The notes: generated by a model from the sequence alone, not told the origin. 50,274 bases of DNA from an uncultured Opitutales bacterium (GCA_913056355.1 CAJXMX010000001.1:1-50274), one strand, 5' to 3'; shown: positions 38,052 through 48,794, numbered from the stretch's first letter. Made by a program: numbers and translations.

Positions 38052-38067
38052 AGCAAGGTTGGCGCCA
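38052..38067 (-). promoter_or_regulatory. Sigma-54 promoter of the ureDA operon
   Basis: Minus strand TGGCGCCAACCTTGCT is a near-consensus -24/-12 element 65 bp upstream of ureD. Confidence 0.75.
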
Positions 38068-38262
38068 GCCAAGCGCCCGTCCGGTGTGGAACCCGAGGGG
38101 GCGTGGGCGTTGCGCAACGGTTGCCGCTTTTTCCGGCAGGCGACTGCGAAAAAGGCAGTGCGCGCTTTGCCAAGGGGCGGCGAAATCGCTAGGACTGTGA
38201 CCCGAGGATTAACCGTTCGCACTCTGCGGCCGCCGGCCGCCCGAACCGTCGAGGCCCGGGCC

Positions 38263-39399
38263 TTGCGACTGTCGTTCATCATCCTGGCACTGGTCGCTGT
38301 CGTGATCGGTGGCGCAGCACGCGCCGCCGATGGTCCCGTCTACATTCTGGTCGACGTCGACCGCGGCACGGTGCTCACGGACCGCGGTTCGGACCGCGTG
38401 TGGCAACCGGCCTCGGTCACCAAGCTGATGACCGCCTATCTGACGTTCAGGGCGCTGAAATCCGGCAAGCTGCGCCTGACCTCGCCGGTCAAGATTTCGC
38501 GCAACGCGCTGGCGCAGGCCCCCTCGAAGATGGGCTACAAGGTCGGCACCGTCCTCAACGTCGACAATGCGCTGAAGATGCTGCTGGTGAAATCCGCCAA
38601 CGACATCGCGGTGGCGCTCGCCGAAACGGTGGGCGGCAGCGAGCGCGACTTCGTGACAATGATGAATGCCGAGGCGCGGCGGCTCGGCATGCGCGGCACA
38701 CACTATGCCAATCCCAACGGCCTGCCGGACAATGGGCAGCTGACCACGGCGCGTGACATGGCGGTGCTGGCGCGAACGCTGTGGGTCGAGTTTCCGGAGC
38801 ATCGCGAGCTGTTCCGCATTCCTGCCATCCGCGCGGGCAAGCGGGTGCTGCGTTCGCAGAACAATCTGCTGGAGCGCTATCGCGGTGCCAACGGCATGAA
38901 GACCGGTTTCGTTTGTGCGTCGGGCTTCAATATGGTGGCGACGGCGACGCGTGGCGGCCGCACCATGCTCGCCGTGGTGCTTGGTGCCGGGTCGTCGGAC
39001 GATAGGGCGGAAGTCGCGGCGGCGCTGCTCAACAAGGGCTTCGGCGATCTTCTCGGATCGGTCGGGCGTCCGACGCTTGCCGCCTACAAGGCGTCACCGT
39101 CGTCAGCGCCGGTCGCCAATCTGCGGGCCGATGTGTGCAAGCGCAATCCGAATGGCGACAATGAGGATTCCTTCGATCCGGTGCTCGCGAAGCTCGCGCC
39201 GAACTCGGCACTCGGGCCGCGCTTTGAGTTGATGGCCCCGGTTCAGGTCTATACCGGTCGTGCCGATTCCGGCGCACCGAAGGCGGTGCCGCTGCCGCGC
39301 CTGCGCCCGCCGATGATCGGCAGCGCCGCTGCCGCGCCGGGTGCCGGGGTGGCGCGCGCGGCAACGACGATCGGTCCGCCGATGGATCTCACCCGCTAG
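38263..39399 (+). CDS. D-alanyl-D-alanine carboxypeptidase (peptidase S11)
   Basis: PASVTK (SxxK), SAN (SxN) and KTG motifs. The TTG 38263 start is inferred. Confidence 0.92.
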   Translation: MRLSFIILALVAVVIGGAARAADGPVYILVDVDRGTVLTDRGSDRVWQPASVTKLMTAYLTFRALKSGKLRLTSPVKISRNALAQAPSKMGYKVGTVLNVDNALKMLLVKSANDIAVALAETVGGSERDFVTMMNAEARRLGMRGTHYANPNGLPDNGQLTTARDMAVLARTLWVEFPEHRELFRIPAIRAGKRVLRSQNNLLERYRGANGMKTGFVCASGFNMVATATRGGRTMLAVVLGAGSSDDRAEVAAALLNKGFGDLLGSVGRPTLAAYKASPSSAPVANLRADVCKRNPNGDNEDSFDPVLAKLAPNSALGPRFELMAPVQVYTGRADSGAPKAVPLPRLRPPMIGSAAAAPGAGVARAATTIGPPMDLTR

Positions 39400-39407
39400 G
39401 TGCGAAA

Positions 39408-40457
39408 ATGGCGCGCGTTCGCAAGCCGCCGATCCCGCTGACGGTTGTCATCGGACCGCTCGGCGCCGGCAAGACGACCCTGATCAACCGGCTGCTCGGC
39501 GACCCCGGCTTCGCCAACACTGCGGTGATCCTCAATGAATTCGGCGACGTGGCGCTGGAGAATGCGCTCGTCGAACGGGCCGACGACGAGATCGTGTCGC
39601 TCGGCTCGGGCTGCATCTGCTGCTCGGTGCGCGGCGAACTGGTCGCCGCGCTGGAGCGGCTGCTGCGCGATCTCGACAACGGCCGCGTGGCAGCGATCGG
39701 CCGCGTCGTGATCGAGGCCGACGCGGCCGCCGATCCTGCGGCGATTCTCTCGGCCGTCGGCATGCACCCCTATCTCTCGCTGCGCTACCGGCCGGACGGC
39801 GTGATTGCAGTCGTGGCGGCGGGAGATGTGCCTGACGTTCTCCGCGTGCCGATTGCCGCGCGTCGCCTGGCGATGGCGGATGTCATCGCGCTGTCGAAGA
39901 TCGACGGGGCGGATTCCGATGTCCCTGAAGCGCTTGCCGCGCTGAACCCGCTGGCGGCGATCGTCGATGCGGCTTCGGTTACGCCGGTCACCATCACCGG
40001 CCATGGTGCGTTCGACCCGGCAAAGACGAATGTCGACCGCTGGCTCGGCGCGATTGACGCACCGACCAGTCCTCAGGCTTCGATCTCGACATTCTCGCTC
40101 GCCCGCAATCGCTCGATCCCGATCTTCGCTCTCGACAACTATGTCGAACTGATGGGGGCGCTCCTCGGCAACCAGCTCCTGCGCGTACGCGGGATGGTGG
40201 CGACAGGCGAGGGCGAAAGCGCCGTGGTGGAGGCGCTCGGCGGCTTCTTCCGGCCGCTGGTGTTGATCCCGACGCCTGCGGACAACGCTCCGGCCACTCG
40301 TTTCACCGTGACGGCGGCCGGCCTCGATGCCGATGGATTTGCCGCCTATCTCGATGCCTTCCTCAACGAAGCGCGGATCGATACGCCGGACCGCGTGGCA
40401 TTGACCGACAATCCGCTGCGGATTGCCGGGTTCTCGGCGCGTGGCGGCGGTAACTAG
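39408..40457 (+). CDS. CobW/COG0523 family GTPase metallochaperone
   Basis: GPLGAGKTT, NEFG, GCICC and SKID. Confidence 0.9.
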   Translation: MARVRKPPIPLTVVIGPLGAGKTTLINRLLGDPGFANTAVILNEFGDVALENALVERADDEIVSLGSGCICCSVRGELVAALERLLRDLDNGRVAAIGRVVIEADAAADPAAILSAVGMHPYLSLRYRPDGVIAVVAAGDVPDVLRVPIAARRLAMADVIALSKIDGADSDVPEALAALNPLAAIVDAASVTPVTITGHGAFDPAKTNVDRWLGAIDAPTSPQASISTFSLARNRSIPIFALDNYVELMGALLGNQLLRVRGMVATGEGESAVVEALGGFFRPLVLIPTPADNAPATRFTVTAAGLDADGFAAYLDAFLNEARIDTPDRVALTDNPLRIAGFSARGGGN

Positions 40458-40458
40458 C

Positions 40459-41226
40459 TCAAGCCCAGCCGCGCAGGCGGTAGTAGATCAGCCCAATGGC
40501 TTCCTTGACGATCCGTGTCGTGGTCGAAAGCGCGTCGGCGCTCGGCAGGACATCGAGGACGGTCGAGTAGACCGGCCAGGTCCCGTCGGCATCGGCCGTG
40601 GCTGCCGTGGCTTCGATCCCGACGACGGCGAAGGTCGCCATAGCGCGACGCATGTGAAAGCCAGAGGTAACGAGCAGGGCCGTCTTCCAGCCGCGAGCGT
40701 CGAAGATTGCCTTGGTGTTGAGCGCGTTCTCGCGTGTCGTGCGACTCGCGCCTTCCAACACCAGCGTATCGGGCGGCACTCCGAGATCGGTCAGCAGGCT
40801 TGCGACAAGTTCTGCTTCGGGAGGCGATTCAGGAAACCAGGGCAGGTTGCCGCCGGTCACGAGGATCAACGGTGCCTTGCCGGCTTTATAAAGCCGCGCC
40901 GCCTCGAAGACACGGTCGACCGGATCGCCGTAGTCCGGCGTGACCCGCGGCGGTAATGGTGGGGCGAGCATGCCGCCGAGCACGACGATGGCGTCGGCCT
41001 GTGGCTGTTCCGCCGCCGCAACCGGCGGCCAGGCGTTCTCCCAGCCGAGGGCGGCGAACTTGGCGACAGCCGGCATCGAGGCTGCCCAGAGGAGGATGAT
41101 GGCCAGCGCGAGGATGCCCCGCGCGAAGCGGCGGAAGCGCATGAAGACCAGCGCCAGCAGTGCGAGCAGCAGGGCGATGCCGAGCGGGAAGACCAGCGTT
41201 CGCAGGATGTTGGTCAGAAACAGCAT
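40459..41226 (-). CDS. YdcF/ElyC (DUF218) family membrane protein
   Basis: AIVVLGG, SRTTRENA, LVTSGFHMRRA and KE.IG..YY. Confidence 0.88.
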   Translation of the reverse strand: MLFLTNILRTLVFPLGIALLLALLALVFMRFRRFARGILALAIILLWAASMPAVAKFAALGWENAWPPVAAAEQPQADAIVVLGGMLAPPLPPRVTPDYGDPVDRVFEAARLYKAGKAPLILVTGGNLPWFPESPPEAELVASLLTDLGVPPDTLVLEGASRTTRENALNTKAIFDARGWKTALLVTSGFHMRRAMATFAVVGIEATAATADADGTWPVYSTVLDVLPSADALSTTTRIVKEAIGLIYYRLRGWA

Positions 41227-41459
41227 CAGCTTCCGCGCTCGATCAGGAAGGCCCAGGCGTCGTCGCCATGCTGTTCCTTGCCAATGAAGTGGTGGCCGGC
41301 CTCACGGCAGAAATTCGGCAGGTCGATCGCGGCGATCGGATCGGTTGCGAGCACTTCCAGCCGCTCGCCCGGCGCCATGGCGAGGAGAGCCTTGCGTGCC
41401 TTGAGCACGGGAAGCGGGCATTGCAGGCCGCGGGCATCGAGGGTGTGGTCGGCGGTCAC
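41226..41459 (-). CDS. tusA: Sulfur carrier protein, TusA family
   Basis: LDARGLQCPLPVLK and ATDP; GTG start. Confidence 0.9.
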   Translation of the reverse strand: MTADHTLDARGLQCPLPVLKARKALLAMAPGERLEVLATDPIAAIDLPNFCREAGHHFIGKEQHGDDAWAFLIERGS

Positions 41460-41705
41460 TGCGGCTCCGAAGCCATGACGTAGCGGTCGCCGGCAGGCAT
41501 CGCATGAGCGGCCGGGTCGGGCAACGGCGTTTCCCGCGCGGCTTCGTGAACAAGTCACCGCTCCCAGTGAGCCGCTGTTAACCTTTACGGAAATCTTAGT
41601 TTTTCTTTAATTGTCAATACATTGGTAGCGCCGTATGCCGGTATGCGGGGTGGTGACGCGGCCGGGGCGGGGCGCTGTCGCGCCGGGAAATGCGGAGAGG
41701 CCAAG

Positions 41706-43133
41706 TTGCGCGTATCGTTCGTCGGCGCCGTCGAGCGGATGCCTGAAGGCCGCCTGCGGACCGTGCTGGCGCAGGCAGCGGAACTGCTCGACTCGATCGC
41801 CCGGGGAACCGACGACCGGGCGGTCTCCCGGCGTGTCGCGGTGATTACCTTCGCCACACGCATCCTCAGCGCCGCCATTGCCTATGTCAGCCAGGTCGTG
41901 CTCGCCCGCTGGATGGGCGATTTCGAATACGGCGTCTTCGTCGCCGTCTGGGTCGGTGCGGTCATCCTCGGCGGACTTGGCGGCCTCGGTGTGCAGATGG
42001 CGGTGCTGCGCTTTGTACCCGAGTATGTCGAGCGGAAGCAGGACGACCTACTGCGCGGCGTGATTGTCGGCAGCCGCCTGCAGGGATTGGCCACGTCGAC
42101 GCTGCTCGCCGTGCTCGGTCTCGCCGGGCTCTATGCCTTCGGCGACCAGATTTCGAGCTACTACCTCGTGCCGCTCTATCTCGGCGCCGTGACGCTGCCG
42201 ATGCTGACTCTCGGCGAGATACAGGAGGGCATTGCGCGCTCCTTCAACTGGCCGAACCTCGCGCTGTGGCCGACCTACATTATTCGCCCGGTCCTCATCA
42301 TGGTCTTCATGGGGCTCGCCATCTGGTTCGGTCAGGGCAACGGTGCCGAGATGGCGATGGGTGCCGTGATCGTCGCGACCTATGTGACGGCAGTGGCGCA
42401 ATATTTCGTGCTGCGGCGCGGTCTCGCCAGGGTGGTGCCGCCGGGTCCGCGGCGCTTCGATTTCCCGACCTGGGTTGCGGTGGCGCTGCCGATCTTCATC
42501 GTCGAAGGCTTCTTTAACCTGCTGACCAACGTCGACATCATCATTGTCGGCCATCTGATGTCGCCCGATCAGGTCGCCATCTACTACGCCGCGGTGAAGA
42601 CGATGGCGCTGGTCCATTTCGTCTACTACGCGGTGCGCACCGGCAGCGCGCAGCGCTTCTCGCAGTACTACGCCAGCGGCGACACGGCATCGCTCGCGGC
42701 CTTCGTGCGCGACACTCTGCACTGGACCTTCTGGCCGTCGCTCGGGATGGTCGGCCTGGTGCTGACCTGCGGCGTGCCGCTGCTTGCGCTTTTCGGGCCG
42801 AGCTTCGTCGACGGCTACCCGATCCTTTTCATCATGTCGGTGGGCTTGCTCTTCCGCGCCTCGATCGGGCCGTCGGAGACACTGCTCATCATGGCCGGCC
42901 AGCAGCGCATCACTGCGATGGTCTATGCGGCGGCCTTCTTCCTCAACGTATCGCTGAATTTCTCCCTCGTGCCGCGCATGGGCATCGCCGGTGCCGCGTT
43001 GGCAACGACACTCGCGCTGATGGCCGAGACCGTCGTGCTCTACGTCGTGGTGCGCAATCGTCTCGGCATCGACTGCTCGATCATCGCAGCGCTGCGCCCG
43101 GCACCATCGCCGGGGGAGACCGAGGACCGATGA
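41706..43133 (+). CDS. Polysaccharide flippase (Wzx/MOP family)
   Basis: About 12-14 TM helices; LARWMG..EYG, D......L....VAIY.AA and P..GI.GAA.AT. Start uncertain. Confidence 0.85.
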   Translation: MRVSFVGAVERMPEGRLRTVLAQAAELLDSIARGTDDRAVSRRVAVITFATRILSAAIAYVSQVVLARWMGDFEYGVFVAVWVGAVILGGLGGLGVQMAVLRFVPEYVERKQDDLLRGVIVGSRLQGLATSTLLAVLGLAGLYAFGDQISSYYLVPLYLGAVTLPMLTLGEIQEGIARSFNWPNLALWPTYIIRPVLIMVFMGLAIWFGQGNGAEMAMGAVIVATYVTAVAQYFVLRRGLARVVPPGPRRFDFPTWVAVALPIFIVEGFFNLLTNVDIIIVGHLMSPDQVAIYYAAVKTMALVHFVYYAVRTGSAQRFSQYYASGDTASLAAFVRDTLHWTFWPSLGMVGLVLTCGVPLLALFGPSFVDGYPILFIMSVGLLFRASIGPSETLLIMAGQQRITAMVYAAAFFLNVSLNFSLVPRMGIAGAALATTLALMAETVVLYVVVRNRLGIDCSIIAALRPAPSPGETEDR

Positions 43134-44287
43134 CCGCCGCGAGCATCGGGACCGCACCGGCCGCGTGGCCGGAACAGACGTCTGCGCCCGGGACCTGCCG
43201 CATCGCCGAAGGCGAGGCCATCATTGCGCTTCGTGATGAATGGATGGCTTTTGCGGGCTGCTCCATCGTGGACAACATCTTCTTCGATGCAGGCTTCGCT
43301 ATTCCCGCGATTGCCCATCTGCACCCCTCGGGCATCGGTGTCGCGCTGACGCACGATGTGCGGGGCGGACCGCTGGCGGTGGCGCCTTTCACCCGCACCC
43401 GGCTTGGTCGTATCGCGCCGGCGGTGCGCCTCTGGGGCAACAAATACGCCCCGCTCGGGGTACCGCTGCTTGCCGGCGACGATCCCGTGACCGCTCTCGA
43501 CAGTCTGGTGCAGGGGTTGGTTCCTGCCAGCTCGGGCCGCAGCCTGATCGTCCCGGATGTCGAGACAGATAGCCCGGTCGCCGCCGCCCTTGTGGCCATC
43601 GCCGAGGATGGCGACCGCCCTCTGACGGCCCTCCACATGCATGAGCGGGCCCTGCTGACACGGCAGAATGCATCGATTGTGCGTGGGCAGGGCGGCAGTC
43701 ACCGCAAGGGGCTGCGGCGCATGCTGCGCCGGCTCGAGGATCTCGGTGAGGTCAGCTTCGATGTGGCGACGCAAACCGACACGGTCGGTGCGCGGCTCGA
43801 GGAATTTTTGGCGATCGAACAGGCAGGCTGGAAGGGGCGGCGCGGTACGGCCCTAACATCGACCGGGGCGACGGCGGCTTTCGCGCGCGAGGCCGTGCTC
43901 GGTCTCGCGGCGGTCGGTCGTGCCCGGGTTCATTCGCTGCGGCTCGATGACCAGCCGATTGCCGCGCTGATCAGCTTCATCGCTGGCGCGACCGCTTACA
44001 CCTGGAAGATCGCCTATGACGAGGCCTATGCCCGTTTCTCGCCGGGCGTCCAGCTCATTGCCAGGGTACCGGAGCAGCTTTTCGACAATGCCGCCGTGCA
44101 GCGCATCGACTCATGCGCAGGTGCGGATCACGCGATGATCGAACGGTTCTGGCCGGAGCGGCTGGCGATCGCGAGCTATGTTCTCGGGCCGCCCGGGGGC
44201 GGGGCCGTCCATGCGGTGGGCCTCGCCGCGGCGCGGGCCGAGCTTGCCGCGCGGGCGAGCGCGCGCCAGCTTCTCAATCGCCGCTGA
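43130..44287 (+). CDS. GNAT family protein, CelD/BcsL-like
   Basis: FL.IE..GWKG..GT and WKIAYDE.YARFSPG; ATGA overlap with the flippase. Confidence 0.8.
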   Translation: MTAASIGTAPAAWPEQTSAPGTCRIAEGEAIIALRDEWMAFAGCSIVDNIFFDAGFAIPAIAHLHPSGIGVALTHDVRGGPLAVAPFTRTRLGRIAPAVRLWGNKYAPLGVPLLAGDDPVTALDSLVQGLVPASSGRSLIVPDVETDSPVAAALVAIAEDGDRPLTALHMHERALLTRQNASIVRGQGGSHRKGLRRMLRRLEDLGEVSFDVATQTDTVGARLEEFLAIEQAGWKGRRGTALTSTGATAAFAREAVLGLAAVGRARVHSLRLDDQPIAALISFIAGATAYTWKIAYDEAYARFSPGVQLIARVPEQLFDNAAVQRIDSCAGADHAMIERFWPERLAIASYVLGPPGGGAVHAVGLAAARAELAARASARQLLNRR

Positions 44288-45932
44288 TCTCTTCGGCCTT
44301 CCGGCGGGCCCGTTCGCGGAAGACGCGCCGGATCACCTTTCCCGATGTGGTCAACGGGATCTCGTCGACGAATTCGATCTCGCGCGGGTATTCGGCGGCC
44401 GACAGGTGCCGGCGTACGAACCGCTTGATCTCTTCGGCCAGCGCGACGGACGGCTCGGCGTCGGGGCGCAGCGCGACGTAAGCCTTGACGATTTCGGTGC
44501 GCAGCGCGTCCGGCTGGCCGACAACCGCGGCCATGGCGACCGCCGGGTGCAGCGCCAGGCAGTCTTCGACCTCGCTCGGCCCGATGCGATAGCCGGCGGA
44601 GATGATGATGTCGTCATCGCGACCGAGAAAGCGGATGTAGCCGTCCGCATCCATCACGCCGCGGTCGCCGGTCAGCATCCAGTCGCCGACGAACTTGGCG
44701 GCGGTGGCGGCATCGTCCTGCCAGTAGCGCAGGAACATGGTCGGGTCCGGGCGCTTCACCGCGATCTCGCCTTCGGCGTCGAATGATGCGGGCTGGCCAT
44801 CGGCATCGAGGATCGCGACGGCGTGGCCGGGCAGCGGCTTGCCGATGAAGCCCGCTCGGCTGACCCCGAGGGCGGCCGAGGCGCCGATGATGTAGTTGCA
44901 CTCGGTCTGTCCGTAGAACTCGTTGACCGGGACGCGCAGGCTGCTCGCAGCCCATTCGTAGGTCTCGCGGCCGAGGCTCTCTCCGGCGGCGCCGATGGTG
45001 CGGAGCTTCAGGTCGAAGCGCTCGCGGGGCTTGGCGACGGCGCGCATCATGCGAAGCGCCGTCGGCGGCAGGAAGGCGTTGCGAATGTCCGCCTCTGCCA
45101 TCAGCGCGAAGGCTTCCTCCGGATCGAACGGGCGAAATGGTCCGAAGACGACGGGGACGCCGTGAACGAGGGCGGGGAGCAGCGCGTTGAGCAGGCCACC
45201 GGCCCAGGCCCAGTCTGACGGCGTCCAGAAGCGGTCGCCCGGCCGGGGCGGGAAGCCGTGGGTGAAGGCGACGCCCGGCACATGGCCGGCGAGAACCCGG
45301 TGGCCGTGCAATGCACCTTTCGGCGGGCCGGTGGTGCCCGACGTGAAGATCATCAACGCCGGATCGTTGGGACCGGTCGCAATCGTCTCGAAGGCGGCAT
45401 CGTGACCGGCGATGGCCCGGTGGAAATCGTCGGCGCTCGCTGCCGTGTCGGCACCGTCGGTGCAGAGAACGACCGAGAGATCGGGCAGTGCGTCGCGGAT
45501 CGTCGCGACCTTGCCGAGGCCGATCCGGTCGGTAACCAGCGCTTTGGCGCCCGAATTGGCCAGCCGGTAGCGCAGGGCCTCGACACCGAAGAGTGCGGCC
45601 AATGGAACGGCGATGGCGCCGAGCCGATAGGCGGCGAGATGGGCGAGCACAGTCTCGACGGATTGCGGCAGGAGGATCGCGACGCGGTCGCCGGCTGCGA
45701 CGCCGCTGGCAGCGAGCGCGGCGGCAAGTGCCTGCGATCCGCGTTTCAGTTCGCCGTATGTGACGGGCTCAAGCGGTGCGCCGGGCATGTAGCGGAGGAG
45801 CGCCACACGCTCCGGCTCGCCATCCGCCCAGCGGTCGCAGCAATCGGTCGCGATGTTGTAGCGTGGCGGGATGTTCCAGCGGAAACCGGCAACTGCCGCC
45901 GCGTAGCCGTTCGCGCCGTCGCCCCCGTGCAA
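44274..45932 (-). CDS. Acyl-CoA synthetase / AMP-binding protein
   Basis: FTSGTTGPPKG, YGQTE, TGD, GR.DD.I...GYRIGP.EVE and TTSGK. Confidence 0.93.
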   Translation of the reverse strand: MHGGDGANGYAAAVAGFRWNIPPRYNIATDCCDRWADGEPERVALLRYMPGAPLEPVTYGELKRGSQALAAALAASGVAAGDRVAILLPQSVETVLAHLAAYRLGAIAVPLAALFGVEALRYRLANSGAKALVTDRIGLGKVATIRDALPDLSVVLCTDGADTAASADDFHRAIAGHDAAFETIATGPNDPALMIFTSGTTGPPKGALHGHRVLAGHVPGVAFTHGFPPRPGDRFWTPSDWAWAGGLLNALLPALVHGVPVVFGPFRPFDPEEAFALMAEADIRNAFLPPTALRMMRAVAKPRERFDLKLRTIGAAGESLGRETYEWAASSLRVPVNEFYGQTECNYIIGASAALGVSRAGFIGKPLPGHAVAILDADGQPASFDAEGEIAVKRPDPTMFLRYWQDDAATAAKFVGDWMLTGDRGVMDADGYIRFLGRDDDIIISAGYRIGPSEVEDCLALHPAVAMAAVVGQPDALRTEIVKAYVALRPDAEPSVALAEEIKRFVRRHLSAAEYPREIEFVDEIPLTTSGKVIRRVFRERARRKAEEISGD

Positions 45933-45935
45933 GGA

Positions 45936-46523
45936 TTACCTGCCGCCGAACATGATCGCCGGGCCGGCATTCGGTCCGTCGCGACCGCCGCCGCGCGGCA
46001 CGTAGCGCTCGCCGAGCTCCAGCGTCCAGTAGGTGTGGTAGCGCCCGCCAGGCTGGATGGCGACGGCGATGCCCATCAGCGAAATGTTTGGGAGCAGCAT
46101 GTTCTTGTTGTGGCCGGGCGACTTCTGCCAGTCGCGGAAGACCTCGGCGAAGCTGTCCTGTCCGGCGGCGACATTCTCGGCGGCCATGGAAGCCTGGAAG
46201 CCACCAGCGGCGATGCGGTTGGCGAAACTGCCCTCGCCGGGCAATACGTGAGCCATCTTGTCCATGTCGGCCTGACGCTTCGAGTGCTCGGCCGCTAGGC
46301 GCATCAGCGTCGGATCGAGCCTGAGCGGCCCGAGGCCGTGCTGGGCGCGGTACTGCGAGATGATGCGGGCGGCCGCCTCGGCGTCCACTGTGCCCGGGCG
46401 CGAGGCTTCGGGCTGCTTGAGCATCTCGCCCAGCATGCCGCCCATGCCGCCGCCAAAACCGCCGGAACAGGCGGACAGCGTGACGGCAATCAGGGCGGAG
46501 AGGATCAGAACGGTGCGGCGCAT
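45936..46523 (-). CDS. CAP/SCP domain lipoprotein
   Basis: Lipobox LSAC; R..HGL.PL, AENVA and W.KSPGHNKNML. Confidence 0.88.
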   Translation of the reverse strand: MRRTVLILSALIAVTLSACSGGFGGGMGGMLGEMLKQPEASRPGTVDAEAAARIISQYRAQHGLGPLRLDPTLMRLAAEHSKRQADMDKMAHVLPGEGSFANRIAAGGFQASMAAENVAAGQDSFAEVFRDWQKSPGHNKNMLLPNISLMGIAVAIQPGGRYHTYWTLELGERYVPRGGGRDGPNAGPAIMFGGR

Positions 46524-46636
46524 GGGCTCAATCGTCTCGACCGCGAGTGCGGCGGTAATGCGACGGAACGGCGGCGAGGGCAAGCCCTGTCGCGTGCCCC
46601 TTTCGCCGCGGGGCATCGTGGTCTAGTGGATGGCCC

Positions 46637-47233
46637 ATGACGCAAATCATGACTCCGCTCGTCGCCAATATCGTCTTTCTTCTCGGCATCGTCGCCTGGT
46701 ACGTCATCCGCTATCCCTTCCAGCGGCGGGCGAAGAAGCTCGGCGTCGCGCGCTCCGTGGGCGGACGGCACGACCGGATTCTGCTGGCAATTGCCGGTTT
46801 CTCGCAGTTCCTGTTTCCGGCGATCTACGCCATCACGGGCGAGCCGTCCTTCGCCGATTACGGCTTCAATCCGTGGCAGGCCTGGCTCGGCGTCGTGGTG
46901 CTGATCGGCGCGCTGGCGCTCTTCCGGGTGACCCACAAGCAGCTCGGGCGCAACTGGTCGATTTCTCTGGAGACGCGCTCGGAGCACAAGCTGGTGACCG
47001 ATGGCCTCTACGGCTATGTCCGCCATCCGATGTACTCGTCTTTCTTTCTCTCGGCGGTGGCGCAACTCCTGCTGCTGCAGAACTGGATTGCCGGACCGAT
47101 AGGCCTGATCGGCATGGGGCTTCTGTTTTTCCTGCGCGTGCCGCGCGAGGAGAAGGTCATGACCGAGACCTTCGGCGACGAATATCGCGCCTACATGAAG
47201 CGGACCGCGCGCATTATTCCGTGGATTTATTGA
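46637..47233 (+). CDS. Isoprenylcysteine carboxyl methyltransferase family protein
   Basis: LGRNWS, H.LVTDG.Y..VRHPMY and EE......FG.EY..Y. Confidence 0.9.
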   Translation: MTQIMTPLVANIVFLLGIVAWYVIRYPFQRRAKKLGVARSVGGRHDRILLAIAGFSQFLFPAIYAITGEPSFADYGFNPWQAWLGVVVLIGALALFRVTHKQLGRNWSISLETRSEHKLVTDGLYGYVRHPMYSSFFLSAVAQLLLLQNWIAGPIGLIGMGLLFFLRVPREEKVMTETFGDEYRAYMKRTARIIPWIY

Positions 47234-47328
47234 TCGCGCCTGTGGGGTGCGACGCCCGGTGCGCTTGCCCGGGTTGATCGTGCCGGTATCGTGGCAGGTA
47301 CGGGGAGACTCAATCAAGGGACGAAGTC

Positions 47329-48006
47329 ATGCTGAAGGTCGGGGCACGCGCCCGCGTCTGGGGTCGCGCATTTGTCGTTGCGTTGATGGTGGGCCTCGCG
47401 GCCGTGACGCTGCGGCCGGCGGAATCGCTGGCGGCCAGCGACGCCGGGGTCATCGCGGTCAAGGCACAGCCCAAGGGCAGCGTCTATCTCTATCTCGGCC
47501 TTCTCAACGTGTTCTCGACCGGGCTCGACTCTCTCGGATCGAAGCTTCGCGCGCGCGGCGTTCCGGCGGTGGTGATGAACTATGCCGGCTGGGGCGGCCC
47601 GGCTTCCGAGGTCGAATCCCGCTATGCGAAGAACAAGGCCCGCGCGCGGCCGATCGTCATCGTCGGACATTCTTTCGGAGCCGATGCGGCGATCGCCATG
47701 GCCGCAAGACTTGGCCAGAAGAAGATCCCGGTCGATCTCGTCGTGATCTTCGATGCGACGCAGCGGCAGCCGGTGCCGGCCAATGTGCGTCACCTGATCA
47801 ACTACTATTCGCCGAACGGCGGCGTCGGAAAACGGTTGAGCCCGGCCAAGGGCTTTCGGGGCCGCCTCGAAAACATCAATGTCGACAAGCTCGGCAAGGA
47901 TATCGATCACCTCTCCATCGAGAAACAGGCGGTGTTCCACCGGCGGGTGATCTCGGAAGTGCTGCGCCTCTACGGCGGCTCCGCGAAGAGCGCCAGCCTC
48001 GAATAG
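47329..48006 (+). CDS. Exported small alpha/beta-hydrolase-fold protein
   Basis: Signal peptide, GHSFG nucleophile elbow and C-terminal DH..I. Confidence 0.7.
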   Translation: MLKVGARARVWGRAFVVALMVGLAAVTLRPAESLAASDAGVIAVKAQPKGSVYLYLGLLNVFSTGLDSLGSKLRARGVPAVVMNYAGWGGPASEVESRYAKNKARARPIVIVGHSFGADAAIAMAARLGQKKIPVDLVVIFDATQRQPVPANVRHLINYYSPNGGVGKRLSPAKGFRGRLENINVDKLGKDIDHLSIEKQAVFHRRVISEVLRLYGGSAKSASLE

Positions 48007-48024
48007 AAAGCGCCCGGCGGCGGC

Positions 48025-48794
48025 TCAGGCGGCCGCCGGGACCACGCGCCGCAGACGAGCGTCAATCAGCGCGAAGAGCTGATCGGTGACGATGGCGAGC
48101 AGCCCGACGACAATGGCCCCCTGAATGACGTAGGCCGTGTTCGAGCCGGACAGACCCTCGATGATCGGCGAGCCGAGGGTCAGGGCGCCGACGGTCGAGC
48201 CGATTGCCGCCGTGCCGATATTGATGATCACCGATGTGCGCACGCCGGCCATGATGACCGGTGCGGCGAGCGGGAGTTCCACCCAGAAGAGCTTCTGCCA
48301 GGGCGTGAAGCCCATCCCCTCGGCGGCGCCCATGGCGGCTGGCGACACCCCGCGAATACCGGCGATGGTGTTGTCGACGACCGGCAGGATGCCGTAGGCG
48401 ACCAGTGCCACGACGGTCGGCTGGGCGCCGTAGCCGACTAGCGGCACGGCGAGGGCGAGCACGGCGGCGGGCGGAAACGTCTGGCCGATGGCGGTGACGG
48501 TATCGAGGATGCCGGCGAACTCGCGGCCGCTACGTCGCGTCACGAAGACACCCGCGGCAATCCCGGCAATCACCACGGGAATCGTGGCGGCGAGCACGAG
48601 GCCGATGTGCCAGAGCGTCAGCGTCAGGAAGCTGGCGCGCGAATAGACCGGCCGTTCCAGCGCCGGAAATAGCGCGTGGAACAGCGGCCTCAGCGCCGGC
48701 ATGAAAAGCACCAGCAGGACGAGCAGCACGAGCGCCGCCGCGACCGTGCCGTAGCGCCGCGCCGGTGTCGCCATGCCGGGGATGGTGGCGTCGC

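Noticed and set aside
41578-41612. Possible CtrA box (TTAACC...) in the AT-rich tusA/flippase intergenic region
   Set aside because: Only a half-site matches TTAA-N7-TTAA, which is insufficient support.
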